From Anaeromyxobacteraceae bacterium (lineage in GTDB: Bacteria; Myxococcota; Myxococcia; Myxococcales; Anaeromyxobacteraceae), in NCBI GenBank assembly GCA_032654565.1, contig JAULAX010000005.1, positions 32,001 to 96,000 of the forward strand: a stretch of 64,000 nt of DNA, read 5' to 3'. A program made the translations under genes and the position numbers. Under the pieces are notes generated by a model. The model was not told the origin of the DNA and ran no database searches. It saw nothing but the letters and a program-made list of their open reading frames with translations. Positions 1 through 8,373 of this stretch are shown here, piece by piece; within the stretch, counting starts at the first letter, position 1; each line of letters starts with the position of its first letter.

Positions 1-205
1 CGCGGAACTCGCGCTGCAGCTGTGCCTCGCTCTTGCCGAGGACGGCGGCGCGGTCGGGGTGGGTCTCGAGGGCCCGGCGGCGCCAGGCCGCCCGCAGCTC
101 CTCGCGCCAGGCCGGGCCGTGGATGGCCGCGGCGAAGCCCGGCCCGAAGAGGACGGTGCCCGCGTCGACCAGCTCTTCCCAGCTCACCTCGCGCTCCGCC
201 ACCAT
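1..205 (-). CDS. J-domain (DnaJ-like) protein, 5' part only (runs off window start)
   Basis: Manual translation from ATG at 205: MVAEREVSWEELVDAGTVLFGPGF...REELRAAWRRRALETHPDRAAVLGKSEAQLQREFR. Contains J-domain helix II plus the HPD motif. Not in the ORF track. Confidence 0.75.
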   Translation of the reverse strand, partial: MVAEREVSWEELVDAGTVLFGPGFAAAIHGPAWREELRAAWRRRALETHPDRAAVLGKSEAQLQREFR

Positions 206-343
206 CGCCCCCGCTGGAGACCCGCTGCCGATATCGGCAGGAATCTAGGGCGAGGCGCAGGGCGAGGCGAGTTTTCGGCCGCGCCGCCCCGGCCCCGGGC
301 CGCGCCGGGCCGGCCGACGGCGCCCCACCGGACCGGGACCGGT

Positions 344-1921
344 TCAGCGCCGCTCGACCTTCACCGTCAGCGTCAACCAGAGCGGGACCGGCCGGCCGTC
401 CTCGCCGACCCCGGGCGTGAAGACGCAGGCCCGCGCCGCCGCGGCGATGGCCGCCACCAGCGGCTCCGGCGCCGGGGTCAGCGCGTGGAAGAGGGCCGGC
501 CTCCCCTGGAGGTCCACCACCAGCTTCACGGTGACGCTCTGCTCGGCGCCGCGCCAGGGCTCGGGCACGCGCAGGTTCCGCTCCAGGCAGCCGGGCTCCT
601 TCAGCGCGGCGCGCAGGCCTCCGGGGGCGGCATACCCGGGCGCCGGACCGGGGGGCGCCGCCTCGAAGGTGAAGCGGACCAGGTGCGGTCCGCCGACGCC
701 GCCGGCCGGCACCGGGAAGGTCCACCCGGCGATCAGCTCGGCGGCGCAGCCCTCCAGCTCGGCGTCGGGTGGCTCGATGGCGACGCGCAGCTCGCCTGGC
801 TTACCGCTCGCCTCCACCAGGAAGAAGGCGGCCAGCTCGGCGGCGGCGGGCTGGGTCCGCCCCCGCTCCAGGCAGGTGGCCAGCTGCGCCCGCCGCAGCC
901 GGACCAGCAGCTCGACCGGCTCGTCGGCGCCAGCCTCTCCCTCGCCCGACCCCTCCAGCCGGAGCCGCTCGCGCAGCGCCGCCGGCAGGCTCGCCAGCTG
1001 GCCGGCCGCGAGCCGGCGGAGCTCCTCCCGTGGGCGGCGCGGCCCACCCGGCGGCTCGGCCAGGTCGAGGGGGTGGAAGCCGCCGTGGCCCGGGATCCCC
1101 AGCGCCAGGCTCGACCACTCCGCCACCAGCCTGGGCGTCGGGGTCTTCGGCCCGGTCGGTCCGGCCGCCTCGCCCGAGGGCTGGCAGGCAGGGAGGATCC
1201 CGGCGCGGCAGGCCCGCCGCTCCAGCCCGGGCTGGTCGGCCTCGGGCGCCAGCCCGGGGGCCCCGGCGGCCAGCAGCGCCCAACGGTGGCAGGCGAGCGG
1301 GAGGCCGCCCTCGCAGGCGCGCTGGTAGGCCCGGGCCGCGCCCGCCAGGTCCTTGCCGTCCAGGTCGCCGCGCTGCCTGGCGGTGCCGAGGTTGAGGCAG
1401 CCCTCTGGCGCCCCGGCGTCGCAGGCGGTCTGGAAGGAGCGGACGATGGTGGCTCCCCCCGGGCCCGCCTCCTCGGGGCGGAGCGTGGTCCGCGTGATCC
1501 CCTCGGCCGCAAGGGTGGCGAGGTTGGAGCAGGCCAGCGCGTAGCCGGCGTCGCAGGCCCGGCGGGTGAGTGCGCCGCCCACGGCGTCGTCCTGGGCCAC
1601 GCCGCGGCCGAGCAGGGTGAGGACGCCGAGGTCGCTGCAGCTGGCCGGTTCGCCGATCTCGCAGCCCTTCATCAGGTAGGCCGCGGCCAGCCGATCGTCG
1701 GCGGGCAGGCCGGCGCCGGCCAGGGAGACCCGCCCCAGCGTGCGGCAGTCGGCGGCGAAGCCCTGCTCGCAGCGCCCCCTCCAGGAGGCGGCGGCCAGGG
1801 CCCCGTCGGCGGCCTCGACCTCGACCGCGACCGCGGTGGAGACGGCGACCGGCCGCGGCCCGCGGGACCCCGCACACCCGGCGAGGACCACGGCGACGAC
1901 GGCGAGCGCGGTGTTTCGCAT
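344..1921 (-). CDS. Lipoprotein with Sel1-like repeats and C-terminal TonB-C/AgmX-like domains
   Basis: Start MRNTALAVVAVVLAGC (lipobox). Repeated Cys-paired Sel1 motifs (ACDAGYALACSNLA, GCLNLG). C-terminal 'FLVEASGKP..CAAELIAGWTFP' and 'VKLVVDLQGRP...FTPG..DGRPVPLWLTLTV'. Confidence 0.7.
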   Translation of the reverse strand: MRNTALAVVAVVLAGCAGSRGPRPVAVSTAVAVEVEAADGALAAASWRGRCEQGFAADCRTLGRVSLAGAGLPADDRLAAAYLMKGCEIGEPASCSDLGVLTLLGRGVAQDDAVGGALTRRACDAGYALACSNLATLAAEGITRTTLRPEEAGPGGATIVRSFQTACDAGAPEGCLNLGTARQRGDLDGKDLAGAARAYQRACEGGLPLACHRWALLAAGAPGLAPEADQPGLERRACRAGILPACQPSGEAAGPTGPKTPTPRLVAEWSSLALGIPGHGGFHPLDLAEPPGGPRRPREELRRLAAGQLASLPAALRERLRLEGSGEGEAGADEPVELLVRLRRAQLATCLERGRTQPAAAELAAFFLVEASGKPGELRVAIEPPDAELEGCAAELIAGWTFPVPAGGVGGPHLVRFTFEAAPPGPAPGYAAPGGLRAALKEPGCLERNLRVPEPWRGAEQSVTVKLVVDLQGRPALFHALTPAPEPLVAAIAAAARACVFTPGVGEDGRPVPLWLTLTVKVERR

Positions 1922-1993
1922 GCAAGAATCCCCCTGTCCGGAGGCGTAGCACGCCGGCCCGGCCGGGGGAGCCGCCCCGCAAGTGATCTTTGA

Positions 1994-2020
1994 CCCGGTG
2001 CCCACTTTCAAGGCACCGGG
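1994..2020. promoter_or_regulatory. Perfect 9-bp inverted repeat (CCCGGTGCC-N9-GGCACCGGG) in a divergent promoter region, possible operator
   Basis: Seen directly between two divergent genes, immediately upstream of a TG-C-CATAAA -10-like box (2027-2035). Confidence 0.35.
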
Positions 2021-2042
2021 CCGGGGTGCCATAAACCGGCTC

Positions 2043-2858
2043 ATGATCAGGAAGATGGTCCGGATCGACGAGGCGAAGTGCGACGGCTGCGGCGAGTGCA
2101 TCAGCTCGTGCGCCGAGGGGGCGATCGCGCTGGTGGGCGGCAAGGCCAGACTGGTCTCCGACGCCTACTGCGACGGGCTGGGCGCCTGCCTCGGCGACTG
2201 CCCGCAGGGGGCCATCACCGTCGAGGAGCGCGAGGCCGCCGACTTCGACGAGGCGGCGGTCGGCGTCCACCTGAAGCGGCTCGGCCGGGCCCCGCTGCCC
2301 CACGCCGCGCCGGCCTCGCCGGCCCAGGCCCAGGCCCACGCGCACACCCACGGACAGGGACACGGTCACGGCGGCCACGCCCACGCCGGCTGCCCCGGCT
2401 CGGCGGTCCGCGAGCTGCAGCGCCCGTCGCTCTCGGTGCTGAAGGACCTCCCCGCCCCGGCCGCCGCCCCGGCGCCGCGGCAGGGCGGCTCGACGCTGGG
2501 CCACTGGCCGGTGCAGCTCAAGCTGGTCCCGCCCACCGCCCCCTGGCTGGCCGGCGCCGACCTGCTGGTGGCGGCCGACTGCGTGCCGTTCGCCTACGCC
2601 GACTTCCACGCCGACTTCCTCGCCGGCCGCAAGGTGCTGGTCGGCTGCCCCAAGCTCGACGACAACCAGGCCTACGCCGCCAAGCTGGCCGCCGTCTTCA
2701 CCGCCAACGAGATCCGCTCGGTGACGGTGATCCGCATGGAGGTCCCCTGCTGCGGCGGCCTGTCCTGGGCGGTCCGCGAGGGGCTGGAGAAGAGCGGCCG
2801 GCAGGTGCCGCTGCGCGACGTGGTGATCGGCGTCGACGGCGGCGTGCGGCAGGGGTAG
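2043..2858 (+). CDS. 4Fe-4S dicluster ferredoxin-domain protein with His-rich linker
   Basis: CDGCGECISSC and CDGLGACLGDCP motifs. C-terminal domain with ADC, GCPKLD and MEVPCC. His-rich linker HAHTHGQGHGHGGHAH. Confidence 0.85.
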   Translation: MIRKMVRIDEAKCDGCGECISSCAEGAIALVGGKARLVSDAYCDGLGACLGDCPQGAITVEEREAADFDEAAVGVHLKRLGRAPLPHAAPASPAQAQAHAHTHGQGHGHGGHAHAGCPGSAVRELQRPSLSVLKDLPAPAAAPAPRQGGSTLGHWPVQLKLVPPTAPWLAGADLLVAADCVPFAYADFHADFLAGRKVLVGCPKLDDNQAYAAKLAAVFTANEIRSVTVIRMEVPCCGGLSWAVREGLEKSGRQVPLRDVVIGVDGGVRQG

Positions 2859-2864
2859 CAGGCG

Positions 2865-3323
2865 GTGGCGTGCGACAGGGCCAGGGTCACCGGACTGGCG
2901 GCCCGGGTCCTCCAGTTCAGCCTTGACGAGCTGCGCGCCGCCTTCGGCCACCTCGCGGCCCCGGGGGCTGATCCGCGCCACGACACCGCCCCGTTCCGCG
3001 CCTTCCGGGCGGCGCTGCTCACGGCCGCGGCCCGCGCCGCGGTGCGCCCCTGCGACCTCACCATGGCCTGGGGCGGCACCTTCAACGGCTACCGGCTGCT
3101 GGTCAGCGTCGAGCCGCCCGACGCCCTCCCCGGCCTCGACCTGTCCGCGGTCTGCGCCGTCGAGCAGGACGAGGTCGCGCCGGCGCGGCCGGATCGGTAT
3201 CCTCTGGCCCACGTCGAGCCGGGCCACGCCACCGTGGCGCGCGCGGCCGACGGCACCACCCACCAGGCGCCCTTCGGGGCCGCCACCGGCCACTTCGGCG
3301 CGCCGGGGATACGGAGGCTCTGA
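2865..3323 (+). CDS. Hypothetical protein
   Basis: 152-aa ORF with high-GC3 codons that fills the gap in an apparent operon. Its stop overlaps the next ATG (TGATG). Confidence 0.6.
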   Translation: MACDRARVTGLAARVLQFSLDELRAAFGHLAAPGADPRHDTAPFRAFRAALLTAAARAAVRPCDLTMAWGGTFNGYRLLVSVEPPDALPGLDLSAVCAVEQDEVAPARPDRYPLAHVEPGHATVARAADGTTHQAPFGAATGHFGAPGIRRL

Positions 3324-4309
3324 TGAAGGCGGTCCGGTTCACCGGCAAGGGCGGTCCCGAGGTGGTGGAGCTGGCCGAGGTGGAGGCCCCCGCGCCGTCC
3401 CGCGGCGAGGTGCTGGTGCGGGTCAAGGCGGCGGCCATGAACCGCGCCGACCTGCTGCAGCGGCGCGGCCTCTACCCGCCGCCGCCCGGCTTCAAGGAGG
3501 ACATCCCCGGGCTCGAGCTGGCCGGCGAGATCGCCGCGCTGGGCGAGGCGGTCAGCGGCTGGAAGGTGGGTGACCGGGTCATGGCCATCGCCGCCGGCGA
3601 GGCCCAGGCCGAGCTGGCGGTGGTGCACGAGCGGATGCTGCTGCGCGTGCCCGACGGCATGTCGCTCACCGACGCCGGCGCGCTGCCCGAGGCCGGCATG
3701 ACCGCCCACGACGCCATGTTCACCATCGGCGGGCTCCGCCCCGGCGCCACCGTGCTGATCCACGCGGTCGGCTCCGGCGTGGCCACGGCGGCGCTGCAGA
3801 TCGCCCGGGCCGCCGGCGCGCTCACCATCGGCACCAGCCGCACCGCCGACAAGCTGGAGAAGGCCCGCGCGCTCGGGCTCGACCACGGGATCCTGGTCGG
3901 GAAGGAGGAGCCGAAGTTCGCCGACGAGGTGAAGCGGCTGACCGGCCGGCGCGGCGCCGCGGTCATCCTCGACTTCATCGGCGGGGCCTACGCGGCGGAG
4001 AACGTCGCCAGCCTGGCCCCGGGTGGCCGCATCGTGGTCATCGGCACCATGGGCGGGCCGAAGGTGCAGCTCGACCTCGGCCTGCTGATGCGGGCCCGCG
4101 GCTCGATCACCGGCACCGTGCTCCGGCCGCGGCCGCTCGAGGAGAAGATCGCGGCGACGCAGGCCTTCGGCCGCGACGTGCTGCCGCTCATCGCCGCCGG
4201 CAAGGTCAAGCCGGTGGTGGACTGCGTCCTCCCCGCCGCCCGGGCCCGTGAGGCCCACGAGCGGATGGAGAAGAACGACTCCTTCGGGAAGATCGTGCTG
4301 GGGTTCTGA
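3323..4309 (+). CDS. NAD(P)H:quinone oxidoreductase (zeta-crystallin/PIG3 family, MDR)
   Basis: NRADLLQRRGLYPPPPG, PGLELAG, HAVGSGVATA and C-terminal FGKIVL motifs. Confidence 0.9.
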   Translation: MKAVRFTGKGGPEVVELAEVEAPAPSRGEVLVRVKAAAMNRADLLQRRGLYPPPPGFKEDIPGLELAGEIAALGEAVSGWKVGDRVMAIAAGEAQAELAVVHERMLLRVPDGMSLTDAGALPEAGMTAHDAMFTIGGLRPGATVLIHAVGSGVATAALQIARAAGALTIGTSRTADKLEKARALGLDHGILVGKEEPKFADEVKRLTGRRGAAVILDFIGGAYAAENVASLAPGGRIVVIGTMGGPKVQLDLGLLMRARGSITGTVLRPRPLEEKIAATQAFGRDVLPLIAAGKVKPVVDCVLPAARAREAHERMEKNDSFGKIVLGF

Positions 4310-4424
4310 CCTGACCGAGGGTTCCGCCGCGCGGACCATGGTCCGCGGTTCGGCCGGCCGGCGGAAATGGGGGCTGCCTCCAAGTCCCTGAGATCACGCC
4401 AGACTCCAGCCCGTCGCGGTCGGC
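4310..4424 (+). repeat. Intergenic repeat family copy 1 (starts CCTGACCGAGGGTTCCGC, internal 18-bp palindrome CGCGGACCATGGTCCGCG)
   Basis: Aligns with 5336-5423 over ~88 bp and shares its first 18 bp with 57296. Degenerate right end CGCGGTCGGC at 4415-4424. Confidence 0.7.
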
Positions 4425-4472
4425 TGGGGCCTGGCTTTGTCCGCCCACCCGTTCCTGCTACCTTGCCGCGCC

Positions 4473-5321
4473 GTGCCCTCCTCCCTCGCCCCTGCCCTCC
4501 TCGGTCTCGGCTCGGCCGTCTCCTGGGGCGCCGGCGACTTCAGCGGTGGGCTGGCCGCGAAGCGCTCTCCGCTCCTCGGCGTGCTGCTGGTCGGCCAGCT
4601 GACCGGCGCCGCGCTGATGGCGCTGCTGGCGCTCATGGCGCGCGAGGGGGCTCCCTCCGCCGCCTCGATCGGCTGGGCGATGACGGCCGGCGCGCTGGGG
4701 GCGGTGGGGCTGGCCGCGCTCTACCGGGGGCTGGCCGTGGGGCGAATGGGGGTGGTGGCGCCCGTCTCGGCCGTCCTCTCGGCGGCCCTCCCGGTCGCCT
4801 GGGGGGCGCTCTCGGAGGGGGTTCCGACGGCGACGCGGCTGGCCGGCTTCGCGCTGGCGCTGCTCGGCATCTGGCTGGTGGCGGGTACCCCGAGCGGGGG
4901 CGACACGGCGGCGGGGCGGGCAGGACTCGGCCTGGCGCTGCTGGCCGGGGCCTGCTTCGGCGGCGTGCTCATCGCCATGAACCAGGGCGCCCGGGGCGGC
5001 ACCTTCTGGCCGCTGGCCGCGGCCCGCGGCACCGCCTTCCTGCTGCTGGTGGCGACAGCGCTGGTCCGGCGCGGCGCCTGGCGCCCGGTGGCCGGGGCCC
5101 TGCCGCTGGTGCTGCTCTCCGGCACGCTCGATGCGGGCGGGCACGCCTTCTTCGTCCTCTGCAGCCAGGCCGGCCGGCTCGACGTGGCCGCGGTGCTCTC
5201 TTCGCTCTACCCGGCCAGCACGGTGCTGCTGGCGTCCGCCGTGCTGCGCGAGCGGATCGGCCGGACGCAGGCGCTGGGCATCGCGGTGGCGCTGGGCGCC
5301 ATCGCGCTCATCACGGCTTGA
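4473..5321 (+). CDS. EamA/DMT-family transporter
   Basis: About 10 hydrophobic segments, with WGAGDFSGG, GRMGVVAPVSA and SSLYPASTVLLA..LRER motifs. GTG start chosen at 4473. Confidence 0.88.
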   Translation: MPSSLAPALLGLGSAVSWGAGDFSGGLAAKRSPLLGVLLVGQLTGAALMALLALMAREGAPSAASIGWAMTAGALGAVGLAALYRGLAVGRMGVVAPVSAVLSAALPVAWGALSEGVPTATRLAGFALALLGIWLVAGTPSGGDTAAGRAGLGLALLAGACFGGVLIAMNQGARGGTFWPLAAARGTAFLLLVATALVRRGAWRPVAGALPLVLLSGTLDAGGHAFFVLCSQAGRLDVAAVLSSLYPASTVLLASAVLRERIGRTQALGIAVALGAIALITA

Positions 5322-5335
5322 TTTGGCCTCGCTGG

Positions 5336-5423
5336 CCTGACCGAGGGTTCCGCGCCGCGGACCATGGTCCGGCGTTCGGCCGGGCGGCGAACTCGGGCCT
5401 GGTGGGCCGTGCCTCGAGATCAC
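5336..5423 (+). repeat. Intergenic repeat family copy 2
   Basis: CCTGACCGAGGGTTCCGC...CGGACCATGGTCCG...TTCGGCCGG...GAGATCAC, collinear with copy 1. Confidence 0.7.
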
Positions 5424-5986
5424 TGGGGAAACCTACTGTCCCCCGGCTTCGCCTCCTCGGCCTCGACCCGGCACTTCGCCTCGGCCCCGATCTTCGCGCG
5501 CAGCTCGCGCTCGAGATCGAGGCCAGCGAACTGGAGCGAGAGGCTGGTGACGCTGCCGGTGACGGTGCCGCCCTCGGCGATCTGGACCCGCCCGCCCAGG
5601 CTGACCGCGTCGCCGTCGACCCGACCACCCGCAGCCACGCGCACGTCACCGGCGATGGCGACCGCCTCCTCGGTGACCCGGGCGCCCCCCTCGACGCGGA
5701 CCGAGCCGCCGGCGGCCACCGCCTTCCTCACCCGGGCCCCGCGCTGGACGATCACCGAGCCGCGCAGGGCGATGGCGCTCTCCACCTCGGCCCCGGCCGG
5801 GACCACGAGGTCGGCGTCCTGGGCCACCCGGTCGTTCGGCCCCACCTTGAGGATGCAGGGCCCCTGCCCCTGCTTCTTGAACTTGAGCTTTCCGCCCGCG
5901 GTGCCGACCGCCTCCGGCTCCTCGGCCAGCGCCGGAAGCGAGGAGAGGGCGACGGCGAGCAGCGAGGCGACGACGGCGTGGCGCAT
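5420..5986 (-). CDS. Secreted beta-helix protein (bactofilin/polymer-forming-like repeats)
   Basis: Signal peptide ending ALA-EE. Repeats of the GSV.V..GARV..AVA.GG type. SD GGAGG upstream. Confidence 0.65.
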   Translation of the reverse strand: MRHAVVASLLAVALSSLPALAEEPEAVGTAGGKLKFKKQGQGPCILKVGPNDRVAQDADLVVPAGAEVESAIALRGSVIVQRGARVRKAVAAGGSVRVEGGARVTEEAVAIAGDVRVAAGGRVDGDAVSLGGRVQIAEGGTVTGSVTSLSLQFAGLDLERELRAKIGAEAKCRVEAEEAKPGDSRFPQ

Positions 5987-6107
5987 GGGGAGGCCTCCCG
6001 GGTGTGCAGTACCCTACGGGCGAGGCGGCCGGCTATTTCCGTCCCGATTGCGCCCGCCGATCCACCCCGCCATGATGGCCCCCTCCTCCCCGCCCCCGGA
6101 GCCGCCC

Positions 6108-6887
6108 ATGGACGCCGCCACGCTGGCCAAGCACCTCGAGACCCACCTGCGGGTCGCCACCTTCCCGGTCGGCGTCCTGCCGCTGCCCCCCGGCGCGCCC
6201 ATCCCGGGGAAGGCCCGCCGCCCCAAGAAGGACCTCGGGGTCGAGGTGGCCATCTGCCAGTCCATCAGCTTCGCCCGCCGCTATGGCTGGACGCTGGCCT
6301 TCACCGGCGAGGACCTCTCCTGCCCCATCGCCAAGGTGGCCTTCGGCTTCAAGGACCGCATCGACTTCTACGAGAAGGGCTCGCTGGCCGAGGGCATGTA
6401 CGCCTCCTGCGCCGATGCCGGGAAGGCCTTCGAGGCGGCGCTCCCGCGCTTCCAGCGCGACGAGGTGAGCGCGGTGGTGGTGGGGCCGCTGGCCCGCATC
6501 ACCTTCACCCCCGAGACCGTGGTGGTCTACGGCAACTCGGCCCAGGTGCTCCGCCTGGTCAACGCCGCCCTCTTCGAGAAGGGGGGCGCCTTCAAGACCG
6601 AGTTCACCGGCCGCGGCGACTGCGCCGACATCGTCATCCGCACCCGGCAGACCGGAGAGCCGCAGCTCATCCTCCCCTGCTACGGCGACCGGATCTTCGG
6701 GCTGGCGGCCGACGACGAGATGGCCTTCACCTTCCCGTTCTCCATGGCGGATACCATGGTCAAGGGACTCGAGGGGACCCACGCCGGGGGCATCCGCTAC
6801 CCCATCCCCCTCTACCAGCGCTTCACCGCAGAGTTTCCGGCCACCTACCAGGAGCTGGAGCGGCGCTGGAAGGCCGGCGAGACCTAG
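6108..6887 (+). CDS. DUF169-family protein
   Basis: FPVGV, ICQSISFARRYG, DLSCP, GDCAD and LPCYGDRIFG..DDEM pattern. GGAG upstream of ATG. Confidence 0.75.
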   Translation: MDAATLAKHLETHLRVATFPVGVLPLPPGAPIPGKARRPKKDLGVEVAICQSISFARRYGWTLAFTGEDLSCPIAKVAFGFKDRIDFYEKGSLAEGMYASCADAGKAFEAALPRFQRDEVSAVVVGPLARITFTPETVVVYGNSAQVLRLVNAALFEKGGAFKTEFTGRGDCADIVIRTRQTGEPQLILPCYGDRIFGLAADDEMAFTFPFSMADTMVKGLEGTHAGGIRYPIPLYQRFTAEFPATYQELERRWKAGET

Positions 6888-6956
6888 CGCGTCACATCCG
6901 CCCCCGACCCCTGTCTGACTCTCTGAGAGGGCGCAGCCAGCCCGGGGGAGTTGAAG

Positions 6957-7082
6957 ATGACCGCCGACACCAAGCCGCTGAAGTGGAACCCGAACCGCTG
7001 GCAGGACCTGTTCCTCGACGTCACCGTCCCGCTGCTCTTCGCCATCCTCACCGCCGGCTTCTTCGCCCTCGCCGCGCAGTAG
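6957..7082 (+). CDS. Small 41-aa single-TM protein (not in ORF track)
   Basis: MTADTKPLKWNPNRWQDLFLDVTVPLLFAILTAGFFALAAQ*. GGGGGAG SD 6 nt upstream. Every codon ends in G or C. Confidence 0.7.
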   Translation: MTADTKPLKWNPNRWQDLFLDVTVPLLFAILTAGFFALAAQ

Positions 7083-7088
7083 CGGGAC

Positions 7089-8282
7089 CTAGCGCCCCGG
7101 GCGACCCTCGCCCGGCCCCGCCACCGGCCGCCCCGCCTCGGCCAGCACCGTCACCCGCGACCCGGCGCCCAGCGCCACCCCGTCGCCGCGCGGCTCGGTC
7201 CCCTCCAGCGCCACCACGTCTCCCCGCCGCAGCGTCTCGAAGCGGCGGTTGGCGTCGCCGACGTGCTTCTCCTGCAGCGCCAGCCCCTTGCGCCCGTCCG
7301 GCCCGCAGCCCATGTAGCGGAGCCGCCCCTTGCCGGCCAGCGGCTCGGAGACGATGCGGAAGACCAGGCCCGGCGGCGGCGGCGCCCACGCCTCCCCCGG
7401 CGGCGCCAGCACCAGGTAGCTCATCTTCACCGCCTCCTTGCGGAGGCCGGCGACCTTGCCGATCTGCGCCACCAGCGGCGGCGGGGAGATGGCCCGCTCG
7501 GCGTGGCACCAGTCCGACTCCTTGGGCAGCGCCGGGCAGGGGCCGCGGAACAGGCACGGCGCCCGCACCGCGAAGCCACGCCCCACCAGCAGGTCGCGGA
7601 CCCGGAGCAGCGCCCGCGAGGTGTCGCGCAGCGCCGGCTCGATCACCACCAGCGAGCCGCCCGGGGCCAGCGTCCGCGCCGCCTCGTCCAGCAGGGCCGC
7701 CCGCTTCTCTTCGGCCCCCTCGCCCTTCCAGAGCTCGTTGATGACGTGGCCGAGCGAGATCAGGTCGGGCGGCTTCCCGGCGCAGAGGTCGGAGAGCGGC
7801 CGCCCCTGGGTGGGGTTCCACTCCCGCGTCGCCAGCCGCTGGCCGGATCGCCGGGCCAGCTCGCGGGCCGCCGCCAGCGCCTGCTTGGCCCGGTCGCAGG
7901 CGGTCACCGCCTCGGCCCCGGCGTCGAGCGCCGCGAAGGCCAGCGGGCCGGGGCCGCTGCCGAGGTCGAGCACCGCGCCGGGGCGGCCCGGCAGCTCGGA
8001 GAGGACGCCGCGCGCCTGCAGGTAGGAGATGGGCCAGTAGAAGAGCAGGTAGGCGCCGAGCAGCCGCTCGTCGTCCAGGTAGCGGGCACCGGCCAGCTCG
8101 CGCTCGCGGGTCAGGCCGGTGGAGAGGCGGGTCACCGCCGCCGCCACCTCGCGCAGCTCGTCGGGGAGGAGCGCGTCGGGGGGCGGGCGGGGGCCGCCGC
8201 GGCCGGGGGAGCGGCGGGCCTCCCGCCAGGTGGCCAGCAGGCGGGGGATCCAGGCGGCGAGATCGGCGGCGGGGGTGCCCAC
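7089..8282 (-). CDS. Rsm22/METTL17-like SAM-dependent methyltransferase
   Basis: AYLLFYWP, VLDLGSGPG (motif I), LVVIEPA, APC..CP..WCH. Confidence 0.8.
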   Translation of the reverse strand: MGTPAADLAAWIPRLLATWREARRSPGRGGPRPPPDALLPDELREVAAAVTRLSTGLTRERELAGARYLDDERLLGAYLLFYWPISYLQARGVLSELPGRPGAVLDLGSGPGPLAFAALDAGAEAVTACDRAKQALAAARELARRSGQRLATREWNPTQGRPLSDLCAGKPPDLISLGHVINELWKGEGAEEKRAALLDEAARTLAPGGSLVVIEPALRDTSRALLRVRDLLVGRGFAVRAPCLFRGPCPALPKESDWCHAERAISPPPLVAQIGKVAGLRKEAVKMSYLVLAPPGEAWAPPPPGLVFRIVSEPLAGKGRLRYMGCGPDGRKGLALQEKHVGDANRRFETLRRGDVVALEGTEPRGDGVALGAGSRVTVLAEAGRPVAGPGEGRPGR

Positions 8283-8373
8283 GGGGTAGTCGTAGCACGG
8301 TGGACAGGGGTGAACAGGCGGGTCGCGGCCCGTTCACGTCGGCCGCCAACCCGCGTATGGTTGGCTCCACGTC

